The notes under the pieces are model-generated. The model saw nothing but the letters and a program-made list of their open reading frames with translations. It ran no database searches and had not been told where the DNA came from. The translations under genes and the position numbers were made by a program. A stretch of 40,030 nucleotides of DNA from NCBI GenBank assembly GCA_027021705.1, contig JALUTT010000082.1, forward strand, positions 1-40,030. Direction: 5' to 3'. Origin of the DNA: Anaerolineae bacterium (lineage in GTDB: Bacteria > Chloroflexota > Anaerolineae > S140-20). Positions 1 to 8,610 of the stretch are shown piece after piece; position 1 is the stretch's first letter; each line of letters starts with the position of its first letter.

Positions 1-41
1 CTGCCGATGTAGCCAGCACCTCCTGTGACCAGAATCTTCAT
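1..41 (-). CDS. galE: NAD-dependent epimerase, probably UDP-glucose 4-epimerase (5' end only; runs off the window)
   Basis: Reverse strand from ATG at 41 reads MKILVTGGAGYIG (GxxGxxG, typical GalE N-terminus); AAAGGAGG RBS upstream. Absent from the ORF track because truncated. Confidence 0.75.
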   Translation of the reverse strand, partial: MKILVTGGAGYIG

Positions 42-64
42 TGACTTCCCTCCTTTACCTTTAC

Positions 65-172
65 CTTCACGTCTTTACGCTTCACGTCTTTACGCTCCAC
101 GTCTTTACGCTTCACGTCTTTACGCTTCACGTCTTTACGCTCCACGTCTTTACGCTTCACGTTCACGTTTCA
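65..172. repeat. 15-bp tandem repeat CT(T/C)CACGTCTTTACG, 6 full units plus partials
   Basis: Units start at 65, 80, 95, 110, 125, 140; variants ordered A-A-B-A-A-B. Confidence 0.95.
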
Positions 173-1705
173 CCCCTCATCCACCTTCTGTCCCGGCGAA
201 AGAGTCCGAGGGCGCAGCAGGATGGCCGGCACCAGCGCGAGAGCGGTGACCAGGGCCGAGATCAGGAAGAGCTCCCGGATGATGCGGGCCGTGACCTCCA
301 TCGCCCGCTGCACCTGGGCCGCCGTGTCGGTCAGCGGGATGGGAGGCAGGCTACGGGTGATGACCCCAAATCGGTGCAGCCCCCAGGCCGTCAGCGCAGA
401 GAGGCCCACCGTCATCCCCATCAGCCGCAGGAGGATGACCAACGCCGAAGCGACCCCCCGCTGCTCCATCCAGGCGCTGTCCACGACAGCCGTCGCCACC
501 GGCGAGATGACCAGCCCGAAGCCGAGGCCGACCAGGGCCAACTGAGCTGCCATCTCCCCGTACCCCACGCCCAGGTCCCAGGAACGGCCCATCAAGAGGA
601 ACCCGCCCAGAGTGCTGACCAGCCCCAGCAGCGTGGGCAGCCGGTATCCCCACCGCTGACAGAGCCACCCGCCCAGGACCGAGGCCAGGGCCATCGAGAC
701 GGTCAGGGCCGAGAGGACGCGCCCGCTGGCAACGGCCGCCGAACGGACATCCTCGGCCAGGATGACGTTGATGAAGAGGGGAACGTCCACCATCGCGATG
801 ATGAGGACGAAGCCGGTGGTCAAGTTGACCAGACCGGCCAGGTTGAAGTTCCGCAGCCGGAGGAGTGCCAAGTCCACGAGAGGGCGTCCGACCCGCCTCT
901 CCACCCAGGCGAAGAGGCCGAAGGCGAGGGCTGCCACCCCGTAGAGGGGAAACACCGGAGCAGAATCCCGACGCTGAGTCACCAGCGCCTCGAAGCTGGT
1001 AGGTGCGTTGGCCCCGCCGCCGCTGCGGATGAGGGCCACATTCAGGGAAATCAGTCCGGCCGTCAGCAGGATCGCCCCTGCCCAATCCAGCCTTCGGTCC
1101 CGCTCGTGAGGCTGGAGGCCGGCTAAGGCGTAGTAGGCCAGGACCGCTCCCACCAGGCTGGCGGGGATGTTGATGTAGAACTGCCAGCGCCAGTTGAGGT
1201 AGCGGACGAGCAGGGCTCCGTAGAGCGGGCCCCAGATCCAGCCGGCGGTGTCCACCGCCCCCAACAGCCCCATAGCAAAGGCCCGCCGCCGGGGGGGGAA
1301 GACATCGCCGATGATCGCCATCGCCACCGGGACCATCGCCCCGCCTCCCAGCGCGGTGATGGCCCGCCCCACGATGAGCCAGGTCAGGTTGGGGGCCAGG
1401 GGAACCCAGAGGGAGCCGGCGGCGAAGAGGAGCAGACTGACCACGAAGACGAAGCGCCGTCCGTAGAGGTCCGACACCCGCCCCATAAAGGGCATCGTCA
1501 CCACATAGGCGATCAGGTAGGCGTTGACGATCCAGGCCGCCTGGTCCAATCCTGACGGGATGGGGATCTCCAGGTCCACGATCATCTGGGGGAGCATCGT
1601 GGAGACGACGGTCAGGTCGTCGGCAGCGATGAAGACCCCGTAGGCGATGAGGGCCAGGATGAGGTAAGGAGCCAACAGACGGCGTTCTACATCTCGCATC
1701 ATCAC
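170..1705 (-). CDS. MFS transporter, DHA2/14-TM type, Rv1410c(P55)-like
   Basis: 511-aa hydrophobic ORF; motif A GRVSDLYGRR; WIVNAYLIAY; C-terminal GMTVGLSALTAWGLHRF. Start could be 1705, 1702 or 1699. Confidence 0.9.
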   Translation of the reverse strand: MMMRDVERRLLAPYLILALIAYGVFIAADDLTVVSTMLPQMIVDLEIPIPSGLDQAAWIVNAYLIAYVVTMPFMGRVSDLYGRRFVFVVSLLLFAAGSLWVPLAPNLTWLIVGRAITALGGGAMVPVAMAIIGDVFPPRRRAFAMGLLGAVDTAGWIWGPLYGALLVRYLNWRWQFYINIPASLVGAVLAYYALAGLQPHERDRRLDWAGAILLTAGLISLNVALIRSGGGANAPTSFEALVTQRRDSAPVFPLYGVAALAFGLFAWVERRVGRPLVDLALLRLRNFNLAGLVNLTTGFVLIIAMVDVPLFINVILAEDVRSAAVASGRVLSALTVSMALASVLGGWLCQRWGYRLPTLLGLVSTLGGFLLMGRSWDLGVGYGEMAAQLALVGLGFGLVISPVATAVVDSAWMEQRGVASALVILLRLMGMTVGLSALTAWGLHRFGVITRSLPPIPLTDTAAQVQRAMEVTARIIRELFLISALVTALALVPAILLRPRTLSPGQKVDEG

Positions 1706-1781
1706 GCCTCACATTTCACGCCCCACGCTTCACGTTTCACGCCTCACGTTTCACGCCTCACGCCTCACGCTTCACGCTTCA
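1702..1781. repeat. Heptamer tandem repeat TCACG(C/T)(C/T), about 11 units
   Basis: tcacgcc tcacatt tcacgcc ccacgct tcacgtt ... fills the whole gap between the lipoprotein and MFS genes. Confidence 0.9.
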
Positions 1782-2519
1782 GATCGGCGGCTCAATCTCC
1801 ACCGGCTCCCCCAGCCGGGAGAAGGTGATCTCCCAGACGGTCGGGTCCTGGGGGTCGGTGGCCGGCTCCACAATCCGCACCCGCCGGATGAGGAAGTCCT
1901 GGCTCCCCACCCACACCTCGACCTCCACGTCACCGCCGAGGCCGATGAGCCCCTGGGTGAGCAGCACCACCCGCTCCCCCGTGGCCCGGCCGGCCAGGTG
2001 GTAGGCAGAGACCCCCTCGACCTTCTCCACACCCGCCAAGGTCAGGTCGCGCAGTCCCTCCTCCATCAGCCGCTCGATGCCCACCTCAGGGTCGAAGAGG
2101 TGGGCCGGGTTGAAGCCCCACTCCGGGGGAATCTGCTCCCAATCGCCGCTCAGCGGGTTGGTGGCGTACTGCTCATCGCCCAGGGCGATGGCCCCCACGT
2201 CCAGGGTGAAGCCCTCCGGCGTCGCGATGCGCACCAGGACCCGCATGCGGTCGGGACGTTGAAAATCCCCTTCGGCCCGCCGAAAGACCATCGTCTTGTA
2301 GGCCGGGTCCAGGTAGGCGATGGCCCCGCTCCGCTCGATGCGAAAGTGGAGGAACTGGACCTCCAGCATCGCCTGGGCAGCCCGCTGGGCGATCTCTTGG
2401 GGAGAGAGGGCCGGCGTCGGCGTGGGCCTGGGGCCGCAGCCGCTCAGGAGCCCCCCCAGCCCCAGGGCCAGGAACAGCCCTACGAAGACCAGACCACAGG
2501 ATCGTCCCTTTGCCATCAC
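1779..2519 (-). CDS. LppX/LprAFG (LolA-like fold) family lipoprotein
   Basis: Signal peptide with lipobox LSGC, Pro/Thr linker, then beta-rich domain (LHFRIE, AEGDFQRPDR, LFDPEVGI, EKVEGVSAYHLAG, ITFSRLGEPVEIEPP) typical of the family. Confidence 0.75.
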   Translation of the reverse strand: MMAKGRSCGLVFVGLFLALGLGGLLSGCGPRPTPTPALSPQEIAQRAAQAMLEVQFLHFRIERSGAIAYLDPAYKTMVFRRAEGDFQRPDRMRVLVRIATPEGFTLDVGAIALGDEQYATNPLSGDWEQIPPEWGFNPAHLFDPEVGIERLMEEGLRDLTLAGVEKVEGVSAYHLAGRATGERVVLLTQGLIGLGGDVEVEVWVGSQDFLIRRVRIVEPATDPQDPTVWEITFSRLGEPVEIEPPI

Positions 2520-2553
2520 CTGTCCCCCCCGATCTCCAAATCCTGCCCTCCGC

Positions 2554-4458
2554 TTACCCCTTCCCTTCCTCGGCTTCCCGCCCCAGTACGCCGATCACCT
2601 CGGCGGCCATGTCGTAGCGACCCAGCGGCGGCATAATGTAGACGCCATGGACCATCTCTCTCAGGGCCAGGAGGAGGTCCTGGGCCATCTTGACCCCGAC
2701 CTCCCGACCCCGATCGCCGGCCAGGCGCATCTGGTGGCGCACCTCGTCGGGGATGATCAGGCCGGGCACCTCGTGGTGCAGGAACTCGGCCTGGCGGGCG
2801 CTGTAGAGGGGCAGGATGCCCACCAGCAGCGGGAGCTGAAGGGGGCCGTAGGCCTCGGCGTAGCGCCGGAGGAAGCGATGGACGGTCTCCACGTCGTAGA
2901 CGGGCTGGGTGAGGGCGAAGTCGGCGCCCGCTTCTACCTTCTTCTTCAGCACCCGCATCTCCCGCTTGAGCTTGGGCGTCCCCAAGTTGAGGGCGACGCC
3001 GACGTGGAAGGCGCAAGGCCGGCCTAGCGGTGTCCCCGCGTGGTCCCGTCCTTGGTTGAAGTTCTGCTTGATCAGCCGGACCAGCCCGGAGGGCACCACG
3101 TCGTAGTGATCGCTGGCCTGAGGATAATCCCCCACTGCCGGCGGGTCTCCCATCACGACGAAGAGGTTGCGGATGTCCAGGGCGTGGATGGCCAGGAGGT
3201 CCGACTGGACGCGGAGGAGGTTTCGCCCCCGCGTGGGGAAGTGGAGGACGGTCTCGATGCCCACCTGAGACTGGATGAGGTGGCAGATGGCCCAGGGACT
3301 CATCCGCATCCGGGCCATCGGGCTGTCGGCGACGTTGATGACGTCAGCGCCGACCTCTTTGAGCATCAGGGCCCCGGCCAGCACCTTGCTGTGGTTGAGC
3401 CCCTTGGGCGGGCTCATCTCGACGCTGACGACGAAGTGGCCCCGGGCCAGCTTCTGCTGCATCTCTGTGGGAGCTTCGGGGGCGGCCGGCTCCTCACTGA
3501 TCACCTTGGGCGGGCGCAGGACCTGGATGCGGGCCGGGCGCGGGGTCAGGGCCAGCGCGTTGAGGGTCAGCCGCATCGCCCGGGTGTGGGCCGGCGTCGT
3601 GCCACAGCAGCCCCCGATGAGCCGCACCCCTGTGGCCACGAAGCGGCGGGCGTAGTGTCCGAAGTAGTCGGGAGTGGCCGGGTAGACCACCCGCCCTCCC
3701 ACCCGCTCCGGCCAGCCGGCGTTGGGCTGGGCGGCGAGGAAGGGGGGATGATCCACGGGCCTTCCCTCGGGGTAGAGCAGGGAGGCCATCCGCCGGACGA
3801 CGGCGAAGACGCGGGCCGGCCCCACGGAGCAGTTGGCCCCGATGACCGGGACCTCTAGCGCCCGAAGCCCCTCGACGACCGCCTCAGGGCTGTAGCCCAG
3901 AGGGGTTCGGCGGTCCTCGGCGAAGGTCATCTGGGCGACGATGGGCAGGTCGCAGACCGACCGGGCGGCCCGGATCGCCACCTCCATCTCGGTCAGGTCG
4001 GAGAAGGTCTCCAGGATCAGCAGGTCGGCACCGGCCTCCGCCAGCGCCTGGACCTGCTCGGCGAAGGCCCGGAACGCTTCCTCGGGGGTGATGGTCCCGA
4101 TGGGGGCCAGGTGGGCGCCCAGGGGGCCGACGGAGCCGGCGATGAAGACAGTGTGGCCGGCGCCGGCCCGTGCTCGCTGAGCTGCGCGGACCCCGGCCTC
4201 GTTGATGGCGGCGACCCGACGCTCCAGCCCGTACTCGGCCAGCTTAAAGCGATTGGCTCCGAAAGTGTTGGTCTCGATGATCTCAGCCCCGGCGGCGATG
4301 TACTCCCGATGGATGCCCTCGACCAGGGCCGGTTCGTCCAGGTTCAGCGCGTCGAAGCAGCGATCCAGGGGCACCCCTTTGCTGTAGAGGTAGGTTCCCA
4401 TCGCGCCGTCGCAGAGGATGGGGCCTTGCGCCAATCGTTCCAGAAAGTCCAACGCCAT
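2554..4458 (-). CDS. yitJ: Bifunctional homocysteine S-methyltransferase / 5,10-methylenetetrahydrofolate reductase (YitJ-like)
   Basis: DGAMGT, ETNTFGAN, GANCSVGP, IGGCCGTTP (Zn-binding HMT domain); C-terminal MTHFR (VEMSPPKG, ADSPMARMRM, KVEAGADFALTQPVYD). Start set to ATG 4458 behind GGAGAAGGAG. Confidence 0.93.
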   Translation of the reverse strand: MALDFLERLAQGPILCDGAMGTYLYSKGVPLDRCFDALNLDEPALVEGIHREYIAAGAEIIETNTFGANRFKLAEYGLERRVAAINEAGVRAAQRARAGAGHTVFIAGSVGPLGAHLAPIGTITPEEAFRAFAEQVQALAEAGADLLILETFSDLTEMEVAIRAARSVCDLPIVAQMTFAEDRRTPLGYSPEAVVEGLRALEVPVIGANCSVGPARVFAVVRRMASLLYPEGRPVDHPPFLAAQPNAGWPERVGGRVVYPATPDYFGHYARRFVATGVRLIGGCCGTTPAHTRAMRLTLNALALTPRPARIQVLRPPKVISEEPAAPEAPTEMQQKLARGHFVVSVEMSPPKGLNHSKVLAGALMLKEVGADVINVADSPMARMRMSPWAICHLIQSQVGIETVLHFPTRGRNLLRVQSDLLAIHALDIRNLFVVMGDPPAVGDYPQASDHYDVVPSGLVRLIKQNFNQGRDHAGTPLGRPCAFHVGVALNLGTPKLKREMRVLKKKVEAGADFALTQPVYDVETVHRFLRRYAEAYGPLQLPLLVGILPLYSARQAEFLHHEVPGLIIPDEVRHQMRLAGDRGREVGVKMAQDLLLALREMVHGVYIMPPLGRYDMAAEVIGVLGREAEEGKG

Positions 4459-4481
4459 TCTCCTTCTCCCCCTTGCAGGAA

Positions 4482-4520
4482 CCTCCCGCAGGTTCCAGGT
4501 CTGCATGACCTGCAGGAGGG
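4482..4520. repeat. REP-like palindrome CCTCCCGCAGGT...ACCTGCAGGAGG in the yitJ 5' leader
   Basis: The same arms recur inside the MITE at 4579-4700. Confidence 0.65.
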
Positions 4521-4541
4521 TGGGCATGAAGCTGGGGCTGG

Positions 4542-4570
4542 ATTGTACACCAACCCGGTCCCGCAGTCAA
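4542..4570 (-). promoter_or_regulatory. sigma70-type promoter for the yitJ run
   Basis: TTGACT (4570-4565), 17 bp, TACAAT (4547-4542). Confidence 0.75.
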
Positions 4571-4578
4571 ACGCCCTC

Positions 4579-4700
4579 GTATCTGTTCAGCCTACCCTCC
4601 CGCAGGTCCCCGGTCGAGGGCGCTTTCAGTTCCGATGGGCTGTTTGAAACACGGTTTCGCATCGGAAACGCGCCTAACCTGCAGGAGGGTGAACAGTTAC
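4579..4700. mobile_element. 122-bp MITE with 11-bp TIRs and 8-bp target duplication
   Basis: GTATCTGTTCA (4579-4589) / TGAACAGTTAC (4690-4700), 10/11 inverted match; direct repeat ACGCCCTC at 4571-4578 and 4701-4708. Confidence 0.75.
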
Positions 4701-4870
4701 ACGCCCTCCGACAGGGAACCTTTGCGCCACCTTTAGCGTCTTAAAAGGGTAGATGCAGGATTGTGAGCCCCGGCAACGTGCCACCGCCCAGCACCTTCAA
4801 GCATCTCCTCACAGACGAGACACGGTCGGCGGTGGGTGTTGGAAGACCAATGCAAGGAGGTGAGAGGACG

Positions 4871-5665
4871 ATGAAGCCCATACGGTTTTGGACCTGGACC
4901 TTTCTTCTAGGATTCCTGGCGCTCCTCGTGGCAGGCTGTGCCGGGGAGACGCTATCTACACCGGCGCAGACCTCCCCTCTAGGTGCGAAAGGAGGGAGCG
5001 GAGCCTCGCCGTTGAGCTCGCCCATGCCCCGGTCCACGCCCCCTATGGCCCCGTCGGGGACGATAACGGTTCCGATCCCCCCAGACACGGGGGTCATCAC
5101 AGAGCCTGGAGGGATAGAGATGGGTCTGATGACGTTGGAAGAAGCGCTGGCCTTGGCGAAGGAGACGGTTGCCACCCAGACGGGTATCGCCGAAGCGGCC
5201 ATCGAGGTGGTCAACGCCGTAGCCGTCCGCTGGCCGGATAGCAGCCTGGGATGCCCCCAGAAGGGCATGATGTACCTGCAGGTCATCACGCCGGGCTATC
5301 GGATCCTCCTGCGGGCCGGCGGTGAGGAGTACGACGTGCGAGTGGGGAACAACCGCGCCCTCATCTGCGAGCAACCGGCCAAGACCCCCCTGGCCCCCTC
5401 CAAGGGCAGGGTGGGCGCGGCGGCCCAGGCCTCGGAGCGAGCTCGGCAGGACCTGGCAGCCCGGCTGGGCGTGCCTGTAGACGAGATCCAGGTTCGCTTC
5501 ATCAAGATCACCCAGTGGCCCGACACCAGCCTGGGGTGCCCCCAGCCTGGCGAGAGCTACGAGCAGGTCCCGACCGAGGGGTTCCTGATCGAGCTGGAGC
5601 ACGGGGGGAAGACATACGAATACCGCGCCGATGAAGAACGCCTCGTCCTGTGTGAAGGCTCGTAG
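4871..5665 (+). CDS. Lipoprotein with two tandem WPDxSLGCP domains (function unknown)
   Basis: RBS AAGGAGG; lipobox VAGC; internal repeat WPDSSLGCPQKGMMYLQVITPGY / WPDTSLGCPQPGESYEQVPTEGF, each closed by L(I/L)CE. Confidence 0.85.
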   Translation: MKPIRFWTWTFLLGFLALLVAGCAGETLSTPAQTSPLGAKGGSGASPLSSPMPRSTPPMAPSGTITVPIPPDTGVITEPGGIEMGLMTLEEALALAKETVATQTGIAEAAIEVVNAVAVRWPDSSLGCPQKGMMYLQVITPGYRILLRAGGEEYDVRVGNNRALICEQPAKTPLAPSKGRVGAAAQASERARQDLAARLGVPVDEIQVRFIKITQWPDTSLGCPQPGESYEQVPTEGFLIELEHGGKTYEYRADEERLVLCEGS

Positions 5666-5800
5666 GTCGGCCTTCTCGTGGGCCCGGTAGGGGGAGACTC
5701 CCTGGTAGCCGCCGGAATGGGAATTCCGGCCCACGAGCAGCTTGCACGGGTGGGTGTGGAGCTTGTCCCCCGGAAGGGCACAGGATAGTTCCTGCAAAGG

Positions 5801-5830
5801 GCAAGGGGAGAGCATCTGCTCTCCCCTTGC
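5801..5830. terminator. Hairpin between convergent genes, probable terminator
   Basis: GCAAGGGGAGAGCA-TC-TGCTCTCCCCTTGC perfect inverted repeat; no clear U-tract. Confidence 0.6.
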
Positions 5831-5866
5831 TGGTTCTCCGGACACCCCCGTTCGGCGGTCGGAGGG

Positions 5867-8182
5867 CTACTCGGTTGTCACGTAGAGCTTGAAGTAGTCG
5901 GGCTTGTACATCTCGTAGCCCTGGATGTAGACGTAGTACAGGGTGTCCGTCGGGTTGTCAATGACAGCCCGCTCCGGCGCGTTGAGCGTCGCCCCATCCC
6001 ACGACACCAGGTTGAAGGCGGAGTCGAAGACGAACATGTCAATGTCGCTGGTGGGGAACTTGTTCCACTTGCGGTGCCAGTTCAGATCGAAGGTCACCCG
6101 GCTGGTGCCCGGATCCACGGAGACAGGGACCAGGAAAGCATCACCCTGGTTGATGGGACCAGCAGCGACGGGGTGACGCAGGGGCGTGCGGAAGTTCTCA
6201 CGGGTGACGCGCACCTTGAAGCTGACGGGAGCCTCGTTGGAGAAGTCCCCGATGAGGGTCAGCTTCATCTTCCCCGGCTCCATCGGCTGGTAGGTCCAGG
6301 GGATACCCCAGAAGGTCCACGGGCCGTCTTCGACCACGATGTCGAAGGAGTCGCCGTACCAGAAGGGGTACCAGTAGACGCCGACCGGATGGTCCACGGC
6401 CGTGCGCTTGGCGCTCTGGAGCCGGACCTCCAGGGCGTTGGGCCAGTAGGCGTAGGCCGAGTTGTCGGGTGTGGTGACGTCGAAGACCTCGATGGTCACC
6501 TTGCTGGTGTAGCGGCTGATGTCCCAGACCAAGTCAATGGACTCGCTGGGGTTGAGGGTGATGACATCGCTCTCCCAGGTGTCCACCTTGTTCTTCTTGG
6601 CCTTGGGCAGGATGTTGGACTTGAGAGCGCCCGTCTTGACGATGGTGCTGAAGTGCCAGTTCTTGGTCTGCAGCATGAACAGGGAAGCAGGCACATTCAG
6701 AGCACCCCAACCCTGAGTGTTGATGTCCTGCCAGGCGGGGCCGACAACGTAGGGGTTGGCACCACCCATTAGGACCTTGCGCAGGACGATGGGATGGGTC
6801 TCCTTCCCCTGGGCCTCCCACCAAGCGTTGAGCAGGGCTGCACCGCCGGATACCGTGGGCGCGGAGAAAGAGGTGCCGCCGGCCCACATGAAGTACCCCT
6901 GCGGGGCCTGCTGGAAGTTCCACAGACCGAGGGCGGACATATCGGGCCCGGCCCGGCCATCGCTCAGGGGACCCCGGCTGGAGAAGTTGGCCACGCGGGT
7001 CTCATCGGTGGGGCGCATCACCATGCCCATCCCCGGTCCTTCGTCACCGTTGTAGGGCACGCCGTCAGGCCCTCGGGTGAGGCCCAAGTACTCGTAGAGG
7101 ACCCGGGAGGAGGGCGCGTAGTCCAGGGCCCCGACGGAGAGGGAGTCGTAGGAGGTGGCCGGCGAGCCCACGCTGTTGGGGGTCGGCCCATCATTGCCGG
7201 CCGAGGTCACCACCAACATCCGAGCCTTCTTCAGTTCGCGGATGAAGGTATCGAAGGTGTCTCGACCATCGTAGACGGTGGGACCACCCAGGCTCATGTT
7301 GACGATGTCAATGTCCAGCAAGTCGTTCTTCTTCAGGGTCAGGATGTGGTCCAGCCCGTCCAGGATGACGGAGGTCGGGACACCGCTGCCGTCCTGGGGG
7401 AAGACCTTGACCGGGTAGAGCTTGGCCGCAGGAGCCTGACCGATGACCGGCACGAAGTTGGGCGGCCAGGGCAGGTAGGCGGAGATGGCCTGGTAGAGGG
7501 GGTTCGTGGGGTCGGAAGAGAAGTCAAGGACGCAGTGGGAGGCGATCACCCCGCCCACGAAGGTACCGTGCCAGTGGTTGGTCGGGTCAATGGGGGAGAC
7601 GCCATCGCCGGTGGCGTTGTAGCCCTCGGGATAGCCCGGCGCCCCGATGACCGACCCGGTGAGGCAGGGATAGACGGGGGTGGTGCCAGTGTCCACGACG
7701 GCCACGACGCTGCCCGCACCGAAGCCCGTCTGAAGCCAGGCGAGGAAGGCACCCGTGTAGAGGAAGTTGGCGTACCCTTCCGGCAGCGCCTCCACGTCAA
7801 TGGCCTCGGGGTCCACCGCCTGGACCTCGACCCCTTCCATCTCCTCAACGGTGAAGAAGTTGGGTGCACCGTGGCTCTTGCCGTAGGTGGGATCATCGTC
7901 GAGGTAGACGATGCTGTCCTTCTCCACCTTGACGACGCCGGGAAGGGTGGAGACGACATCCCACTGACTCGCAGGGATTTCGGCGGCCACGGCGGGGACG
8001 TTCTTGTACTGATACTTCACCGTCCCGCCGGCAGCCTCGATCTGGCTGACCAGCGCATCGGTCGAGCCCTTGGCCAGGATAAGGACGGCGACCGTGTCTC
8101 CACCACCGCCCTCGGCACTGGCCGGGATCCAGGTAGCAGCCAGCAGCACGATCACCATCACGCTAAAAAGCAGCTTTTTCAC
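5867..8182 (-). CDS. Secreted subtilisin-like S8 serine peptidase with propeptide and C-terminal beta domains
   Basis: Signal peptide (ASA-E); catalytic D (VVDTG), H (HGTFVGG), S (GTSFSAP); oxyanion N (SAGNDG). GTG start behind AAGGAGG. Confidence 0.93.
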   Translation of the reverse strand: MKKLLFSVMVIVLLAATWIPASAEGGGGDTVAVLILAKGSTDALVSQIEAAGGTVKYQYKNVPAVAAEIPASQWDVVSTLPGVVKVEKDSIVYLDDDPTYGKSHGAPNFFTVEEMEGVEVQAVDPEAIDVEALPEGYANFLYTGAFLAWLQTGFGAGSVVAVVDTGTTPVYPCLTGSVIGAPGYPEGYNATGDGVSPIDPTNHWHGTFVGGVIASHCVLDFSSDPTNPLYQAISAYLPWPPNFVPVIGQAPAAKLYPVKVFPQDGSGVPTSVILDGLDHILTLKKNDLLDIDIVNMSLGGPTVYDGRDTFDTFIRELKKARMLVVTSAGNDGPTPNSVGSPATSYDSLSVGALDYAPSSRVLYEYLGLTRGPDGVPYNGDEGPGMGMVMRPTDETRVANFSSRGPLSDGRAGPDMSALGLWNFQQAPQGYFMWAGGTSFSAPTVSGGAALLNAWWEAQGKETHPIVLRKVLMGGANPYVVGPAWQDINTQGWGALNVPASLFMLQTKNWHFSTIVKTGALKSNILPKAKKNKVDTWESDVITLNPSESIDLVWDISRYTSKVTIEVFDVTTPDNSAYAYWPNALEVRLQSAKRTAVDHPVGVYWYPFWYGDSFDIVVEDGPWTFWGIPWTYQPMEPGKMKLTLIGDFSNEAPVSFKVRVTRENFRTPLRHPVAAGPINQGDAFLVPVSVDPGTSRVTFDLNWHRKWNKFPTSDIDMFVFDSAFNLVSWDGATLNAPERAVIDNPTDTLYYVYIQGYEMYKPDYFKLYVTTE

Positions 8183-8481
8183 GACGCTTCCTCCTTGGAA
8201 ACTAGGATGTTCCAACGGACGATGTCACAGAAGTGAACGGGACGCTCCTGAGATGCAGACAGGTCCACAGGGCCATCTATCGAGGGCGATCACCTCCTTT
8301 CTCAGGCTGTGGCGTTCGTTGGGATTCGGGAGCCCGGCTCCTGGCAGCACAAGGAGAACCCGGCGCCCGCTGTTAACCCGGTGTCAAACGGTAACCCCAG
8401 CCCTTCCTGAAGGCGCGGAGAAGCGCTGGGGTTATCCTCACGAGGTAAGGTCTCTGGAACCTCTCGGCAGGCTTGTACGTC

Positions 8482-8530
8482 ATTCTAAAGATACTGAAAA
8501 GTGGTTAGAAATCGGTTAGAGAAAAGTTAG
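8482..8530 (-). promoter_or_regulatory. Probable activator-dependent promoter of the S8 gene with three 11-bp-phased CTAAC repeats
   Basis: -10 TAGAAT (8487-8482), weak -35 TTCTAA at 17 bp; GTTAG on + strand at 8504, 8515, 8526. Confidence 0.55.
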
Positions 8531-8610
8531 GAAAAAGCAAAGGAAGGTCTGCGATGGGAAAGGGCGGCGCTTCCCAAATGGGGGGAAGGTGAGCGAGGAT
8601 TGGGACACGG

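Noticed and set aside
4558..4720. 6S RNA or SAH/SAM riboswitch upstream of yitJ
   Set aside because: Folds as a long rod but lacks a 6S-type central bubble and riboswitch consensus; TIRs plus an exact 8-bp TSD explain it as a MITE, and it lies upstream of the predicted promoter.
5675..5737. ncRNA between the lipoprotein and S8 genes
   Set aside because: Only short inverted repeats (CTCGTGGGCC/GGCCCACGAG, GCCGGAAT/ATTCCGGC); most simply a REP-like or terminator remnant.
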